Of a stretch of DNA of 64,000 nt, positions 7,689-19,366 are shown piece by piece. The notes under the pieces are model-generated. The model did no database searches. It was given only the letters and a program-made list of their open reading frames with translations, and was not told where the DNA came from. The position numbers and the translations under genes are program-made. Within the stretch, counting starts at the first letter, position 1. Every line of letters begins with the position of its first letter. The stretch is from an uncultured virus (IMG/VR IMGVR_UViG_3300044858_003318). Its lineage: Duplodnaviria; Heunggongvirae; Uroviricota; Caudoviricetes. The stretch is from the IMG/VR virus record IMGVR_UViG_3300044858_003318; one strand, written 5' to 3'.

Positions 7689-9893
7689 TTATCTGATAAT
7701 TGTTATGTGACCATAATCGTTGTAACGAGCATCATTAACTGCATCACCAAATGTTAATTTCCATATGTAGATGCCTTCGGATACATATCGACCATTATAA
7801 GTCCCATCCCATCCCGTTAACATGTCACGCGATTCCCATATTAATTCTCCCCAACGATTGTATATTTCAAGTTGGAAATCATATGCATCGAATCCTGCAG
7901 TAAATACCGGTTTCCATGTTTGGTTGAATTCGTCGCCATCTGGTGTAAAAGAGTTTGGCATATAGTAAATAGTTTCTGGACAATTGGCAATTGATATGGT
8001 TGTTTGTTCTGGTTCTGATACACATCCGTTAGACACATGCACGGCTGTTAATGTGTAAATTCCTTCTGTTTGCCAGGTGAATAATGGAGCATTTAATAGA
8101 ATAGTATCGTTTTGAAAATACCATTCGGTGGATCCTGGTACTGATGGTACTACCAAATACATGAAGGTTACGGAGTCTCCATCACATATTTGATAAAACT
8201 GATCCGATGTTATGTCTAAAATAACAGGTTTCTCATTCACTTGCACTGTGATGGTATCATCAAACACACAACCACTCTGCGTATATGTATAAACTACAGC
8301 ATTTGCAGCGGTATCAGCTATACCCGGACAGAATTCATCGATGTTAACTCCTGGTCCAGAATATACTCCATTGAGTGGTAATGCGGTTAATGGCACACAG
8401 TCTGAATCCGTACAGAAAGGTCCAATTTGGTCAATTTGTGGTTCTATGTTCAATACAAACAAATCAACTGACACTAGTGCACTTTCACAACCATTGGCAT
8501 CCGTTGCAATAACATTAACTGCATTTGAAACCAATCCTGCTGCAGTATTAGTCCAATCCACAACAACGGCTGTCGATCCTTGGCCAAAGGTTATGTTGCC
8601 CGAACTATTCCATGTATATGAAAATCCGGTGCCTAAATCGGCAACAGAATATATTTCAGCATTTGCTTGAAAACATGCGGTATCACTGAATACAATAGGT
8701 CCGACAATAATAGGTGGAGGATCTGTTAGTGTAACATTAGTAGTAACATCACATCCGGCAGCATCTTCAATTTCGACTGTGTACGTACCAGCACATAGGC
8801 CTGTGATAGTTGATGTTGTTTGTCCCGTAGTCCATGTATATGTATATCCTGGAGTTCCATTTAATGGTGTTACTGTGATCTCTCCATTGCAGTCTCCGAT
8901 ACAAACCGGATCCGACACAACTACATCTGGTGCTGATAAGTTAGGCGGACCTGGTTGTACAAACACAGTATCTGGTCCTAATCCTATAATTGCATTGCAA
9001 GAATTCCAACCGGTGTTGCATGCCGGATAAACTAGTTGGCAAGTATAATTTGCACCCGCTGCCGGTGGCGTAACAGTGATTGTGGTTCCTTGGCCTATAG
9101 GCACGGGATTGCCAACTAGATACCATGTAGGTACCGGCAATACAGCAGGACCAGCTGGCGTATATCTCCAAGCATCATTGTTTGCCGTCCACTGTGTTGA
9201 ATTACGTCCTGGTACTGTTACTGCTGCGGTACCTGTTTGATTATGTACTCCCTGCACTGCAGTTCCACCAGCCCATTGTAGACAGTTTGGTTTGCTTTGA
9301 ATATGATTTTCAATGACATTGGTTGACTCGTAAATTACAATATGAAATGTTCCTATAGTAGATGTGCACGAAAACATTGGCATATTTATCCAACTCACTA
9401 CCAGTTTGCGACATGGAGCTGTGCCCTGAACTTGATATCTGATCTGTCCTCCGATACCAGGATGCCAATCTTGCCATGGTCCCATAATGCAGTTCCTAGG
9501 AACATTTGCAGCTGCACTAGGAATTGGGGTGGATGTGAACGTAGTAGGCTGTGCTGCAGAGAATGAGATCCATCCATTAGATCCTACCCAAAACTGTGTA
9601 TATGTTTGTCCATAAAAACAAAATGTGAATCCTATATTGAATGGTCCTTGTTGAGAATCATCGGACATGGACAATTGAGTGCCCGTGTTGGTCTGTGCGG
9701 CATATTGAATATTTGTAACTCCATAATTAGTTGTAGAGTTAGGATTACTACCGGGTGTGCATTGCGAAAAATCTGCAGTTAATGTGGTTGAAGAAACCCC
9801 ACATGGTAATAACTGATCAGGACCTAGTGCCGGACAGTACTGAGTATATGCAGTGCCACATAACAACATCATGTATAGTAATAACCGTTTCAT
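7689..9893 (-). CDS. T9SS type-B (gliding-motility C-terminal domain) cargo protein with SprB/PKD-like repeats
   Basis: signal peptide; C-terminal YMPNSFTPDGDEFNQTW...IYNRWGELI...WDGTYNG...G.YIW...GHITIIR; SprB-like GT.GYTYTW...GLCAGTYTV.I.DAAGC repeat. Confidence 0.9.
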   Translation of the reverse strand: MKRLLLYMMLLCGTAYTQYCPALGPDQLLPCGVSSTTLTADFSQCTPGSNPNSTTNYGVTNIQYAAQTNTGTQLSMSDDSQQGPFNIGFTFCFYGQTYTQFWVGSNGWISFSAAQPTTFTSTPIPSAAANVPRNCIMGPWQDWHPGIGGQIRYQVQGTAPCRKLVVSWINMPMFSCTSTIGTFHIVIYESTNVIENHIQSKPNCLQWAGGTAVQGVHNQTGTAAVTVPGRNSTQWTANNDAWRYTPAGPAVLPVPTWYLVGNPVPIGQGTTITVTPPAAGANYTCQLVYPACNTGWNSCNAIIGLGPDTVFVQPGPPNLSAPDVVVSDPVCIGDCNGEITVTPLNGTPGYTYTWTTGQTTSTITGLCAGTYTVEIEDAAGCDVTTNVTLTDPPPIIVGPIVFSDTACFQANAEIYSVADLGTGFSYTWNSSGNITFGQGSTAVVVDWTNTAAGLVSNAVNVIATDANGCESALVSVDLFVLNIEPQIDQIGPFCTDSDCVPLTALPLNGVYSGPGVNIDEFCPGIADTAANAVVYTYTQSGCVFDDTITVQVNEKPVILDITSDQFYQICDGDSVTFMYLVVPSVPGSTEWYFQNDTILLNAPLFTWQTEGIYTLTAVHVSNGCVSEPEQTTISIANCPETIYYMPNSFTPDGDEFNQTWKPVFTAGFDAYDFQLEIYNRWGELIWESRDMLTGWDGTYNGRYVSEGIYIWKLTFGDAVNDARYNDYGHITIIR

Positions 9894-9895
9894 AG

Positions 9896-10111
9896 TTATT
9901 CAATTGGAGGGGTTGGCTTTGGCTCGTATGGAATCAAAGGAAGTTCTTTTACCCATAGAAATTCAGTAGTCACGCATTGGTCTATTTCTTCAACTGAGAT
10001 TATCCAATTGTCGTTAATGTCTTGAATAGGATTAAAATACGAATCCTCGTCATACATCTGACCTACTAATTCGTCTTTTTGTACTTCTGTTAATAGTGCT
10101 ACTTGTATCAT
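9896..10111 (-). CDS. small acidic protein, partner of the adjacent fibre-like gene
   Basis: 71 aa, overlaps the upstream stop. Confidence 0.7.
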   Translation of the reverse strand: MIQVALLTEVQKDELVGQMYDEDSYFNPIQDINDNWIISVEEIDQCVTTEFLWVKELPLIPYEPKPTPPIE

Positions 10112-11073
10112 ATGTTACGTCCTAATGTTGTTTGAAATGCTTGTACTGCTGTGTATAAGTTAGCTGCTTCTGTATCGGTTAATCCGTCACCTATTGAGGC
10201 AAAGGCGTATTGTCTATTAGAAAAATTGGAAGGTGGATTTACACCAATTTTATATGCACCTATAGGTAATGTTAAATCAAATCTAGCTCCATTGGCACCC
10301 GTATACGTACTTCCCAATTGTACATTATTTCTAAATAGCTTTAAACTTGTGCTTGTTTCTCTAGTTGAAACATACATACCAGTACTGTTTGGATTTGCAG
10401 TTACTATTCCGTTAAGATGTGCATAATTAAAAACGTTCCCAAGTGCCGATCTTAACAATAAAGCAGTTCTTGTAGATCCATTTTGTCCCCCCATTTCATA
10501 TGCTGAATTCGATGCACTATTTGTTCTAGAATATATTGATAAATGAAATGAATCATTTGTATTAAACACTGTATTTGGATTTAAGTATGTTTCTGCCCAA
10601 CCATTAACACCTCCAAATTGTACACCATTTGTTGAATGTGTAACTCCACCACTAAACAATAGTCTAAACGCTGCGTCAGTATCTAAAGGATTTTTCAAGT
10701 TCCATTTATGAGTTGATGCCGTGCCTCCAACAAAAGGATAAATGAAATTCATTTTAGTCCATATACCGTAACCCTTCAAGTCAACAACCAATTGATTGAC
10801 CGCACTCTGTTGTGTAGGGTCTGTTATTGCTGCTGATGTGATGAATGCCTGAGCGTCTGCATCTACAGAAGAATCGCCACCTGTACTATAAACGCTAGCA
10901 AACATTCTAGATGTTAGTTCAGCTTGAAGTATTTGTTGTTGTTTTTCTAACAATTGTTTTCGCATTCTTTGTTTACGTGTTTGTTGTACTTGTTGTTCAC
11001 GTAAGCGTTCTCGTTCGACTTGATTTTTAATCAAATCGACTCGGCTAAGATAGTTTTTATAATCATCATTCAT
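10108..11073 (-). CDS. putative virion protein with lectin/LamG-like beta-sandwich domain
   Basis: G/S/T/N-rich beta domain after a Q/R-rich helical N-terminus; class-II promoter 4 nt upstream. Confidence 0.55.
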   Translation of the reverse strand: MNDDYKNYLSRVDLIKNQVERERLREQQVQQTRKQRMRKQLLEKQQQILQAELTSRMFASVYSTGGDSSVDADAQAFITSAAITDPTQQSAVNQLVVDLKGYGIWTKMNFIYPFVGGTASTHKWNLKNPLDTDAAFRLLFSGGVTHSTNGVQFGGVNGWAETYLNPNTVFNTNDSFHLSIYSRTNSASNSAYEMGGQNGSTRTALLLRSALGNVFNYAHLNGIVTANPNSTGMYVSTRETSTSLKLFRNNVQLGSTYTGANGARFDLTLPIGAYKIGVNPPSNFSNRQYAFASIGDGLTDTEAANLYTAVQAFQTTLGRNI

Positions 11074-11077
11074 ATTA

Positions 11078-11085
11078 ATAAATAT
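11078..11085 (-). promoter_or_regulatory. class-II (late-type) promoter motif ATATTTAT
   Basis: same octamer upstream of about 10 operons. Confidence 0.6.
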
Positions 11086-11088
11086 TAA

Positions 11089-11490
11089 TTATTTAGATTC
11101 TACTAGTTTAGCAACTCTCGATCTCGCTTTTTCTCCTAACGGAATAGGATGTCCTTCTTCATCAATGTGTACAAATTTGATATGAGTCTTGAGTACAACA
11201 ACCTGATTTCCGGTATATACATTGTGCGCACGTGCTTCCATATACAAATTAATCGATGTATTTCCGATTGCCTGTGGATGACCGTATATCTTTAAGAGTT
11301 GCCCTTCACGAGCCGGCTTTTCGAAGTTACACTTATCAATTGATACTGTTACCATTCGGGGAGTATCACATAGTTGCATTGCATATCCAGCTGCAGATCC
11401 GTCAATCCATTTGAGTAAAGACCCGCCAAAGAGATTGCCATGAAATCCTAAATCAGATTTCTTAATTGGGTGAGTTGATATTAAGTCCAT
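11089..11490 (-). CDS. acyl-CoA thioesterase (hot-dog fold)
   Basis: HGNLFGGSLLKWID...MVTVSID...F.KP motif. Confidence 0.9.
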   Translation of the reverse strand: MDLISTHPIKKSDLGFHGNLFGGSLLKWIDGSAAGYAMQLCDTPRMVTVSIDKCNFEKPAREGQLLKIYGHPQAIGNTSINLYMEARAHNVYTGNQVVVLKTHIKFVHIDEEGHPIPLGEKARSRVAKLVESK

Positions 11491-11630
11491 TACTTTGTTC
11501 CAATAACTAATTCATACCGTAACCAACCTATGCAAAATTCATAGCTACCGTTCAACCATTTAGTATGGGTAATCTTTATGTAAGGCAACGGATATATTTG
11601 TCCTATTATTTGGTCTATGCTTATTTTCAT
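11490..11630 (-). CDS. hypothetical protein (46 aa, not in ORF track)
   Basis: fills the gap exactly; TAATG stop/start overlap. Confidence 0.55.
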   Translation of the reverse strand: MKISIDQIIGQIYPLPYIKITHTKWLNGSYEFCIGWLRYELVIGTK

Positions 11631-11632
11631 AA

Positions 11633-12823
11633 CTAATTACTTAATGGGGCAACAATTTTAGGATGTGATTGATAGTTTTCTACTTGAAAATCTGTTGGAT
11701 CTATATGGGTAAACAAAGATGTATCTTCACTTAACGCTTTATAGAACTCATCTGTTTTCATATGTTTTAAAACAGGCAGTGGGTATGGTTCTCTTGTTCG
11801 GGTTGGTATACCAGCTTTATCGTATTGTTCTTCTTTAGACCAATCCTTTATCATTCTAAATTCATATCCTCTATCTTCGAATATTCTATACCTTTCAGAT
11901 TCACTTAGTTCTCTACCAATCTGTTCTTTAGCTTGTTCAACGTGATTCAAATACAAATGTGTATCACCCAAGTTACCAATCAATTCATCAGGAATCATAT
12001 TAACTGCCTTAGCAATGATTTCTAATAACAATCCGTAAGATGCAATATTGAATGGTAAACCTAAAAATGTATCTACTGAACGTTGATTCCACATTAAAGA
12101 GATTGCTCTGGTTGGGATATTTAATTTTTCACATTGTTCTATCCAACCTTCTTCACTTTGGTTTCCTAAAAATGTATTTAATATTGGTAATACTTTTTTA
12201 GCAATAACTTTTCTTTCTTCTAAACTCAACTCTCTTGTATAAACTTGAAATCCATAATGACAAGGTGGAAGAGTCATTTGATCCAATTCTCCAACATTCC
12301 AAGCATTAACCATCAAACGTCTTGAGTCTGGATTGGTTTTAAGGTCACGGATTAGGTTTGAGATTTGGTCTATATCTTTCTTCCAATGTTCATATCGAGG
12401 AGCATCAGTATCATCTGTTTCCCAATTTCTCCATTGCCTACCATATACAGGCCCGAGCGACCCCCACTTTTTAGCAAACTCAGGATTAGTTTTTATAGCT
12501 TCAACGAACTCGTCTTTATCCATTTCAAAATTACCTTTGTAAGTGTTTAGGTAGTTTTTGAAAGCATCACCATCCCAAATATGGCAATCATTGTCAACAA
12601 GATATTTGATGTTAGTATCGCCACGTAGGAACCACAACAACTCTGTTGCTATAAGACGGAATGGCATCTTCTTGGTTGTAAGAAGTGGAAACCCATCTAA
12701 CATCTTGTGTCGAATCTGTCGGCCGAACACTGAAAGTGTGCCTCCATTTCTAGTTTCCTTTGTTACTCCGTTGTCTAGGATGTCTTGCAGTAGGTCTGTG
12801 TATTGTTTATCTAACGTGTTCAT
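11633..12823 (-). CDS. thyA: thymidylate synthase with two insertions
   Basis: FPLLTTKK, ELLWFL.G, LGPVYG.QWR, LPPCH, NQRSVDTFLGLPFNIASY, GDTHLY motifs. Confidence 0.97.
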   Translation of the reverse strand: MNTLDKQYTDLLQDILDNGVTKETRNGGTLSVFGRQIRHKMLDGFPLLTTKKMPFRLIATELLWFLRGDTNIKYLVDNDCHIWDGDAFKNYLNTYKGNFEMDKDEFVEAIKTNPEFAKKWGSLGPVYGRQWRNWETDDTDAPRYEHWKKDIDQISNLIRDLKTNPDSRRLMVNAWNVGELDQMTLPPCHYGFQVYTRELSLEERKVIAKKVLPILNTFLGNQSEEGWIEQCEKLNIPTRAISLMWNQRSVDTFLGLPFNIASYGLLLEIIAKAVNMIPDELIGNLGDTHLYLNHVEQAKEQIGRELSESERYRIFEDRGYEFRMIKDWSKEEQYDKAGIPTRTREPYPLPVLKHMKTDEFYKALSEDTSLFTHIDPTDFQVENYQSHPKIVAPLSN

Positions 12824-12824
12824 G

Positions 12825-12986
12825 TTAACACAAATTTTCCTCGTATGGTTTATTAATAATCTTTTTAAGTCGATTGATTTCAGCAATCACATCATCACCT
12901 AGTTCAATCTTGGACATCAGGGATAGGTCAATCATCTGAATATACAGTAACTCGATTAGAGCGTCTTTTGCTTGGTCTTTACTCAT
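12825..12986 (-). CDS. hypothetical protein (53 aa, not in ORF track)
   Basis: MSKDQAKDALIELLY..., fills the gap. Confidence 0.55.
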   Translation of the reverse strand: MSKDQAKDALIELLYIQMIDLSLMSKIELGDDVIAEINRLKKIINKPYEENLC

Positions 12987-13143
12987 ATTTGTTTAATCTT
13001 TTTTCAATAATAGATTCAAGCTCTGCTGTTATTTCATTTTCAACGTCATCATCCAATTGATCCCACCAATCATCAAATCCGTTTCTTTCATATAATGTAT
13101 CTAGGATTTCTAAAACACATTTTTTGATTTCTAATTTAGTCAT
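12979..13143 (-). CDS. hypothetical acidic protein (54 aa, not in ORF track)
   Basis: MTKLEIKKCVLEILD...GFDDWWDQLDDD, ATGA overlap with upstream gene. Confidence 0.6.
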   Translation of the reverse strand: MTKLEIKKCVLEILDTLYERNGFDDWWDQLDDDVENEITAELESIIEKRLNKYE

Positions 13144-13409
13144 CTTTGTTTGTATTTTCTAAACGTACGTTCGGTTACTTTGGTATGATATTGGTGAAAT
13201 ATGTTGTCCCATGGCCAATCCCAAAAAGCATCATAATAATCTGCATTATATTGCAACACGTGTTTTATTAATGATTCTGAGTTATAGTACTCACTAATAA
13301 AACCTCCGTGTAATAACATCCATTTGTCTACTACAACGCCACCGACATCTTGTTGAACGAATGTCCAACTACAATCTTTTCGTAATTTTTTTAGTAGTTT
13401 AGCTTTCAT
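13140..13409 (-). CDS. hypothetical protein
   Basis: MKAKLLKKLRK N-terminus. Confidence 0.7.
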   Translation of the reverse strand: MKAKLLKKLRKDCSWTFVQQDVGGVVVDKWMLLHGGFISEYYNSESLIKHVLQYNADYYDAFWDWPWDNIFHQYHTKVTERTFRKYKQR

Positions 13410-13657
13410 TCTTTAATCAAATGTTTTTCTAATTTGTTAATAAGTGACTGTACTTCCTCAAATTTCCAGAAACGGATCGGATGCTGTGTGTTGAATACAT
13501 CTACATACCATTGACCATCTTCTTCAATTTCATCACTTGCTGATGATATAAAGGACATTCCGTTTGTGATTTGATAAGAATAGTAGTGGTGGTCTCCATC
13601 CCAATCACAGTAGTCTTCTCTTTCAAATCCTAATAATTGTAATTCTCTTTCTGTCAT
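13406..13657 (-). CDS. hypothetical protein
   Basis: 83-aa ORF. Confidence 0.7.
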   Translation of the reverse strand: MTERELQLLGFEREDYCDWDGDHHYYSYQITNGMSFISSASDEIEEDGQWYVDVFNTQHPIRFWKFEEVQSLINKLEKHLIKE

Positions 13658-13673
13658 AACATATTATATGAAA

Positions 13674-13886
13674 TTATTCTATGATTTCAAAATCTACATC
13701 CGGGATAGTTTCACAAAACATGAAATGCGTTTGGGTTCGTAACACGTGATCTGCTCCTAACCACTTCATGTACGACTGCACATACTCCATGTTGGGTGGA
13801 TCATCGAATCCTTTTGCAAAATGATGAACAGGAGTCTGCCGCATAACTATGTACGCGGCTTCTCCATGTTTATATACTGGTGTCAT
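13674..13886 (-). CDS. hypothetical protein
   Basis: 70-aa ORF. Confidence 0.65.
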   Translation of the reverse strand: MTPVYKHGEAAYIVMRQTPVHHFAKGFDDPPNMEYVQSYMKWLGADHVLRTQTHFMFCETIPDVDFEIIE

Positions 13887-13903
13887 CTTTATTTACTTTT
13901 ATA

Positions 13904-14160
13904 TTAACCATTGTTAAAAGTGCGTAATCCAGCATCAAACCACTCATCATAGGCTAGCATTATAGCATCAGATATATCTAACTTAGGATTATGTTTCATA
14001 TGCTGCAATGCTAATGTAACTATTTGAGGAGTTACGCCGAAGTCATCGGCATCCCGTATAATACATTCTACAATAGCCAAAGACCGATGGATATCTTCCA
14101 CCGGCCTTTTACGCTTCTTGTTTGTAATCTTTTTGAGTTGTTCGAATAACCGCTGTTCCA

Positions 14161-14161
<1 letters not shown>
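13904..14161 (-). CDS. hypothetical protein
   Basis: 85-aa ORF coupled to the groEL stop. Confidence 0.65.
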
Positions 14162-15786
<1,625 letters not shown>

Positions 15787-15820
15787 TTATCCTTTTATAA
15801 CTTTATTTTAATATAAATAT

Positions 15821-17848
15821 TTACACAGCCATTTCCAAGAATTTTTGATTCAATGTTTTTGCAACATCTCTCATATCTTCTGGATTGATGAATTGGGCAT
15901 CGATGCCATACATTTTCTGAAAATTTTCTCGGGTATCTGCATATACATATCCAGAATAAATAAAATAACTTACAATGTTCATGCCTAATCCTCGGAAACC
16001 GTTAATAACACGTCGGGTGAATTGCACTCCGTTATAGTAACTGTCAGTGCCGGATATATCTGTAGGTTCACCATCTGAATAATTAAGGAATATCAATTCA
16101 TCTCCTTTTGCGTCCGATTTAAGATCTGACTCAATACTTTTGAAAGCAATGCCCTCCGGAGTACATCCAAATGTTGTTAAGTATTTGAAATAGCTTCGTA
16201 TCTTATTCATTTTGTCATGTGCCGAATCATATGCATAAACCGTAACACATTTTTCACGACCTCCTCCTATAGTATCAGTACCGCGGAAAGCAATTTGTAC
16301 TCGGATACCGGTTGTCATTGAAGCTGCTTGTGCGACTGCTACTGCACTTGTAATAGCTTGTTTGAACTTATCACCATTCATTGAACCAGATGCGTCAATT
16401 GAAATGTGTATGAAATAGTTCTTGTATCGATCAGTTACTACACGATGAAACACATTCACATTGTTATATCCCAATTGAGATATTAAACGCTTATCAATTT
16501 TACCAGCTGCTAATCTAGTTGACTTCAAACTCTTATCTGAGTTTCGGAGTTGCAACTTATTACCTAACTTCTTGCCTAACACAATGCCGGCATCGACTGC
16601 TTGTTGATGTTGGATAATCGTACGACTGCCCCAGTTACTTTCATTAAACACTCGCGTGCCCGAAACATACTCACTTGCATGTGATGCAAACAAACTAGGT
16701 AATGATTCTATGATTGCTGGAGTCAATTTTTTGACTACAATTGTTTCAACAGGACAACCAGTACCGCCAGCATCTGTATACACAACTCGCGTCTCAGTAC
16801 CAGATTCTTTAATCGCTTCTACGATGCCAGCATCCTTTTTAGTTAATCGACCTTTTTTAGCTACATCACCATCGAGAAAATCTTGTTGTGCTTGTATTGC
16901 TTTTTGCAACTTGTCAAGTTCTTTTAATGTTAAAGAAGAACCTTTATCTGAATCATCATTATCTTCTGTTAAGTCTTGTTCATCATCACTGACATCCGCT
17001 TCCATTTGCATACTATCACCGCCTGGATCATTGCCTTTTTGAACATCATCAAACACATTATTGGTTTCTTGTTCTGCATTAGCAGTAGCATCTCGAAGAA
17101 CACGATATACATCACACGCCAAATCTAGCGCATCCTCAGTCGATTTCAAACGATTAATATTTTTCAAATCAACAAGATTCCATATGCGTCGCAGTTCCTT
17201 TAAGGCATCTAACTGACGATTTGGATTAGTAAAATTGATAATATGAAACATGTAACTATCCATATCCTCAGCAACCTTTTCTCCAGTTTGCAATGCTTTA
17301 TCAATAATCTTATCATTGAAATACTTGTTATACATTGCTTCATAATACATACGATATCCTGGAGCATTTGTATATACTTTGTAATCAATGCGACGATCTT
17401 CAATCCAATTCAACAATGACTTGATATTAGAAAACTCGGCTTCGGTCATGTTCATATCCGGATCCAGGCCTTTAAGTCGAATTCGATTTGCAAATTTAGA
17501 ATTGGATAAACGAGTAGCACCTTCAAACAATGAAAAGTTAGTAAATGCAATGTGACTGCCTTCATGCAATGCTAATCCAACTGCCGGATCAAAATTCTTA
17601 TCCTCAAGTTTAGTGCCGATAACAACTCGCTTACCGTCTGTATAACTCTCTTCTCGGCTTTGAAATACAACTGGTATTTGCTGGCCAGTAACAATATTAA
17701 CAAAATTACCAATAGCTCTTTGAGCTGCAGCTAATTTAGTATAATCAACACGATTTTCTTCTCGGAAATTAACATCAAAGTCTGAGTCTAACCAGAAACT
17801 TGATGCGGTGGAATTTGCATAACCTTTAAACCCAAAATCTTTTTTCAT
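15821..17848 (-). CDS. vWA-domain protein with N-terminal HExxH metallopeptidase-like domain (CobT-like MoxR partner)
   Basis: LHEGSH...IEDRRI; MIDAS DASGSM, TPEG, SDGEP. Confidence 0.85.
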   Translation of the reverse strand: MKKDFGFKGYANSTASSFWLDSDFDVNFREENRVDYTKLAAAQRAIGNFVNIVTGQQIPVVFQSREESYTDGKRVVIGTKLEDKNFDPAVGLALHEGSHIAFTNFSLFEGATRLSNSKFANRIRLKGLDPDMNMTEAEFSNIKSLLNWIEDRRIDYKVYTNAPGYRMYYEAMYNKYFNDKIIDKALQTGEKVAEDMDSYMFHIINFTNPNRQLDALKELRRIWNLVDLKNINRLKSTEDALDLACDVYRVLRDATANAEQETNNVFDDVQKGNDPGGDSMQMEADVSDDEQDLTEDNDDSDKGSSLTLKELDKLQKAIQAQQDFLDGDVAKKGRLTKKDAGIVEAIKESGTETRVVYTDAGGTGCPVETIVVKKLTPAIIESLPSLFASHASEYVSGTRVFNESNWGSRTIIQHQQAVDAGIVLGKKLGNKLQLRNSDKSLKSTRLAAGKIDKRLISQLGYNNVNVFHRVVTDRYKNYFIHISIDASGSMNGDKFKQAITSAVAVAQAASMTTGIRVQIAFRGTDTIGGGREKCVTVYAYDSAHDKMNKIRSYFKYLTTFGCTPEGIAFKSIESDLKSDAKGDELIFLNYSDGEPTDISGTDSYYNGVQFTRRVINGFRGLGMNIVSYFIYSGYVYADTRENFQKMYGIDAQFINPEDMRDVAKTLNQKFLEMAV

Positions 17849-17910
17849 ATCTCAATTATTTTATACTATAAATATAAGAAATTATCCAGTACGATCCAAC
17901 CGTAAAGTTA

Positions 17911-17970
17911 AAAAAGAAACAGACTCCGCTGATTAACGAATGGGAGTTTTAGCCGTAACTGTTTCTTTTT
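17911..17970. terminator. long inverted repeat / terminator-like hairpin
   Basis: aaaaagaaacag ... ctgtttcttttt 12-bp stem with inner actcc/ggagt. Confidence 0.55.
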
Positions 17971-17988
17971 CGAGCTATGAAAAAGATC

Positions 17989-19128
17989 TTAGAATGGTAT
18001 GCTTTCAGACTCTCGATCTACCTCACCGGTGTTGAAAATGTCTTTCTCAGCAGTAGCCATATGTTTCTGTATAATCTGTTTAATAAATGTTCTTTCTGAA
18101 TCGGTTCCACCAGATGCATCAAAGAATGGGAGTATTGAAACCTCTGCTGCTTCTGCTAACGTGAATCCATCTGCCAACAACTCACATACACGAACTGTCA
18201 TACGAGTAGAAACCATTGTGGTTAGCTTACCGGTTTCAGATCTCCATTCTTTACGAGTTGTGTCGGCAATATCTGCTACCGCATGAATCAAATCAGCTGA
18301 CACTACATTGCCGTAACGTTTCATTAGCAATGCTTCTTCGCGTTCTAATGTCAAGATATCAACCTCAATAATTTCAAATCGATCCATTAATGCTCGGTCT
18401 AATACGCGTGTCGATGTATACTCCGTACCAATGTTTGCCGTTGCAATAAATGATACGCCTGGAGCTACCTGGATAGTTGGAGCATCGATATCTTCATCAA
18501 GTCGAAGGTAACGTTGACCTTCATCTAGTACTGTCATTAAGATATTCCATGCTTCGGGATGAGCTCGTGACAACTCATCCATTAATATAACTGCATTCTC
18601 AGTTTGAATTGCTTTCACAAATGCCGACTCATCAAATGTAGTTTGTCCATCTTTAAAGTGAGTGTTACCAATAAGAGTGGCACGAGGATCCTGCGTAGCT
18701 CCTAAATTGAAATAAAAGAAAGGTCGATCTGTTGCTTGAGGAAGAGCCTTTGCTGCCTGAGTCTTACCACATCCAGCTGGACCAACCATCATTATGTTTT
18801 TGCCACGAACTGCTGACCTTACAAGATACTTCCATTTAATGTCAGACATTTCCAAATCAGCTGGTTTGATATCTGCCGCACGTGTAATTAATGCCATGGC
18901 AGCATCCATTTCCGTTACCGGCTTAGGTTGTGGTGTTGCTGGCTCTGTTGGGATTTCAGATAAATCTACTTGCCGAGCTCGTGCAGTGTCCGGATCAAAT
19001 GCTAATGCTTTGCCGTTCTGCGCTGCTGCTTTAATCATACTGTCTCGGAACAATGCTGTAATATCATTGCCACTGTTTACTTCAAATACCCGACCATCTC
19101 GGATAATACCAAATGTTTTGCTTTTCAT
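17989..19128 (-). CDS. MoxR/CbbQ/CobS-type AAA+ ATPase
   Basis: Walker A GPAGCGKT, Walker B ILMDE, ATAN sensor, LDRALMDRF. Confidence 0.92.
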   Translation of the reverse strand: MKSKTFGIIRDGRVFEVNSGNDITALFRDSMIKAAAQNGKALAFDPDTARARQVDLSEIPTEPATPQPKPVTEMDAAMALITRAADIKPADLEMSDIKWKYLVRSAVRGKNIMMVGPAGCGKTQAAKALPQATDRPFFYFNLGATQDPRATLIGNTHFKDGQTTFDESAFVKAIQTENAVILMDELSRAHPEAWNILMTVLDEGQRYLRLDEDIDAPTIQVAPGVSFIATANIGTEYTSTRVLDRALMDRFEIIEVDILTLEREEALLMKRYGNVVSADLIHAVADIADTTRKEWRSETGKLTTMVSTRMTVRVCELLADGFTLAEAAEVSILPFFDASGGTDSERTFIKQIIQKHMATAEKDIFNTGEVDRESESIPF

Positions 19129-19213
19129 AACTCTTTATTTTTATACTTTAAATATAAGAATAATCCGTTACAATTCCAAATTATCTGATAACTTTTTTCA
19201 TGCTACTAGTAAT

Positions 19214-19366
19214 TTATTCATATGATTTAATTTTATGTTTATTCTTACGTGTATATATTTTTTTAGATTGTTCAGACCGTTCAACAAACCGACCATCAAA
19301 ATAGCCTTGTTGTCGTTGGGATTCGCGCGATGCTCCTAAATTAATCTTCAGAATCTGTTTGTTCAT
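19214..19366 (-). CDS. small basic hypothetical protein
   Basis: start at MNKQILK. Confidence 0.6.
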   Translation of the reverse strand: MNKQILKINLGASRESQRQQGYFDGRFVERSEQSKKIYTRKNKHKIKSYE

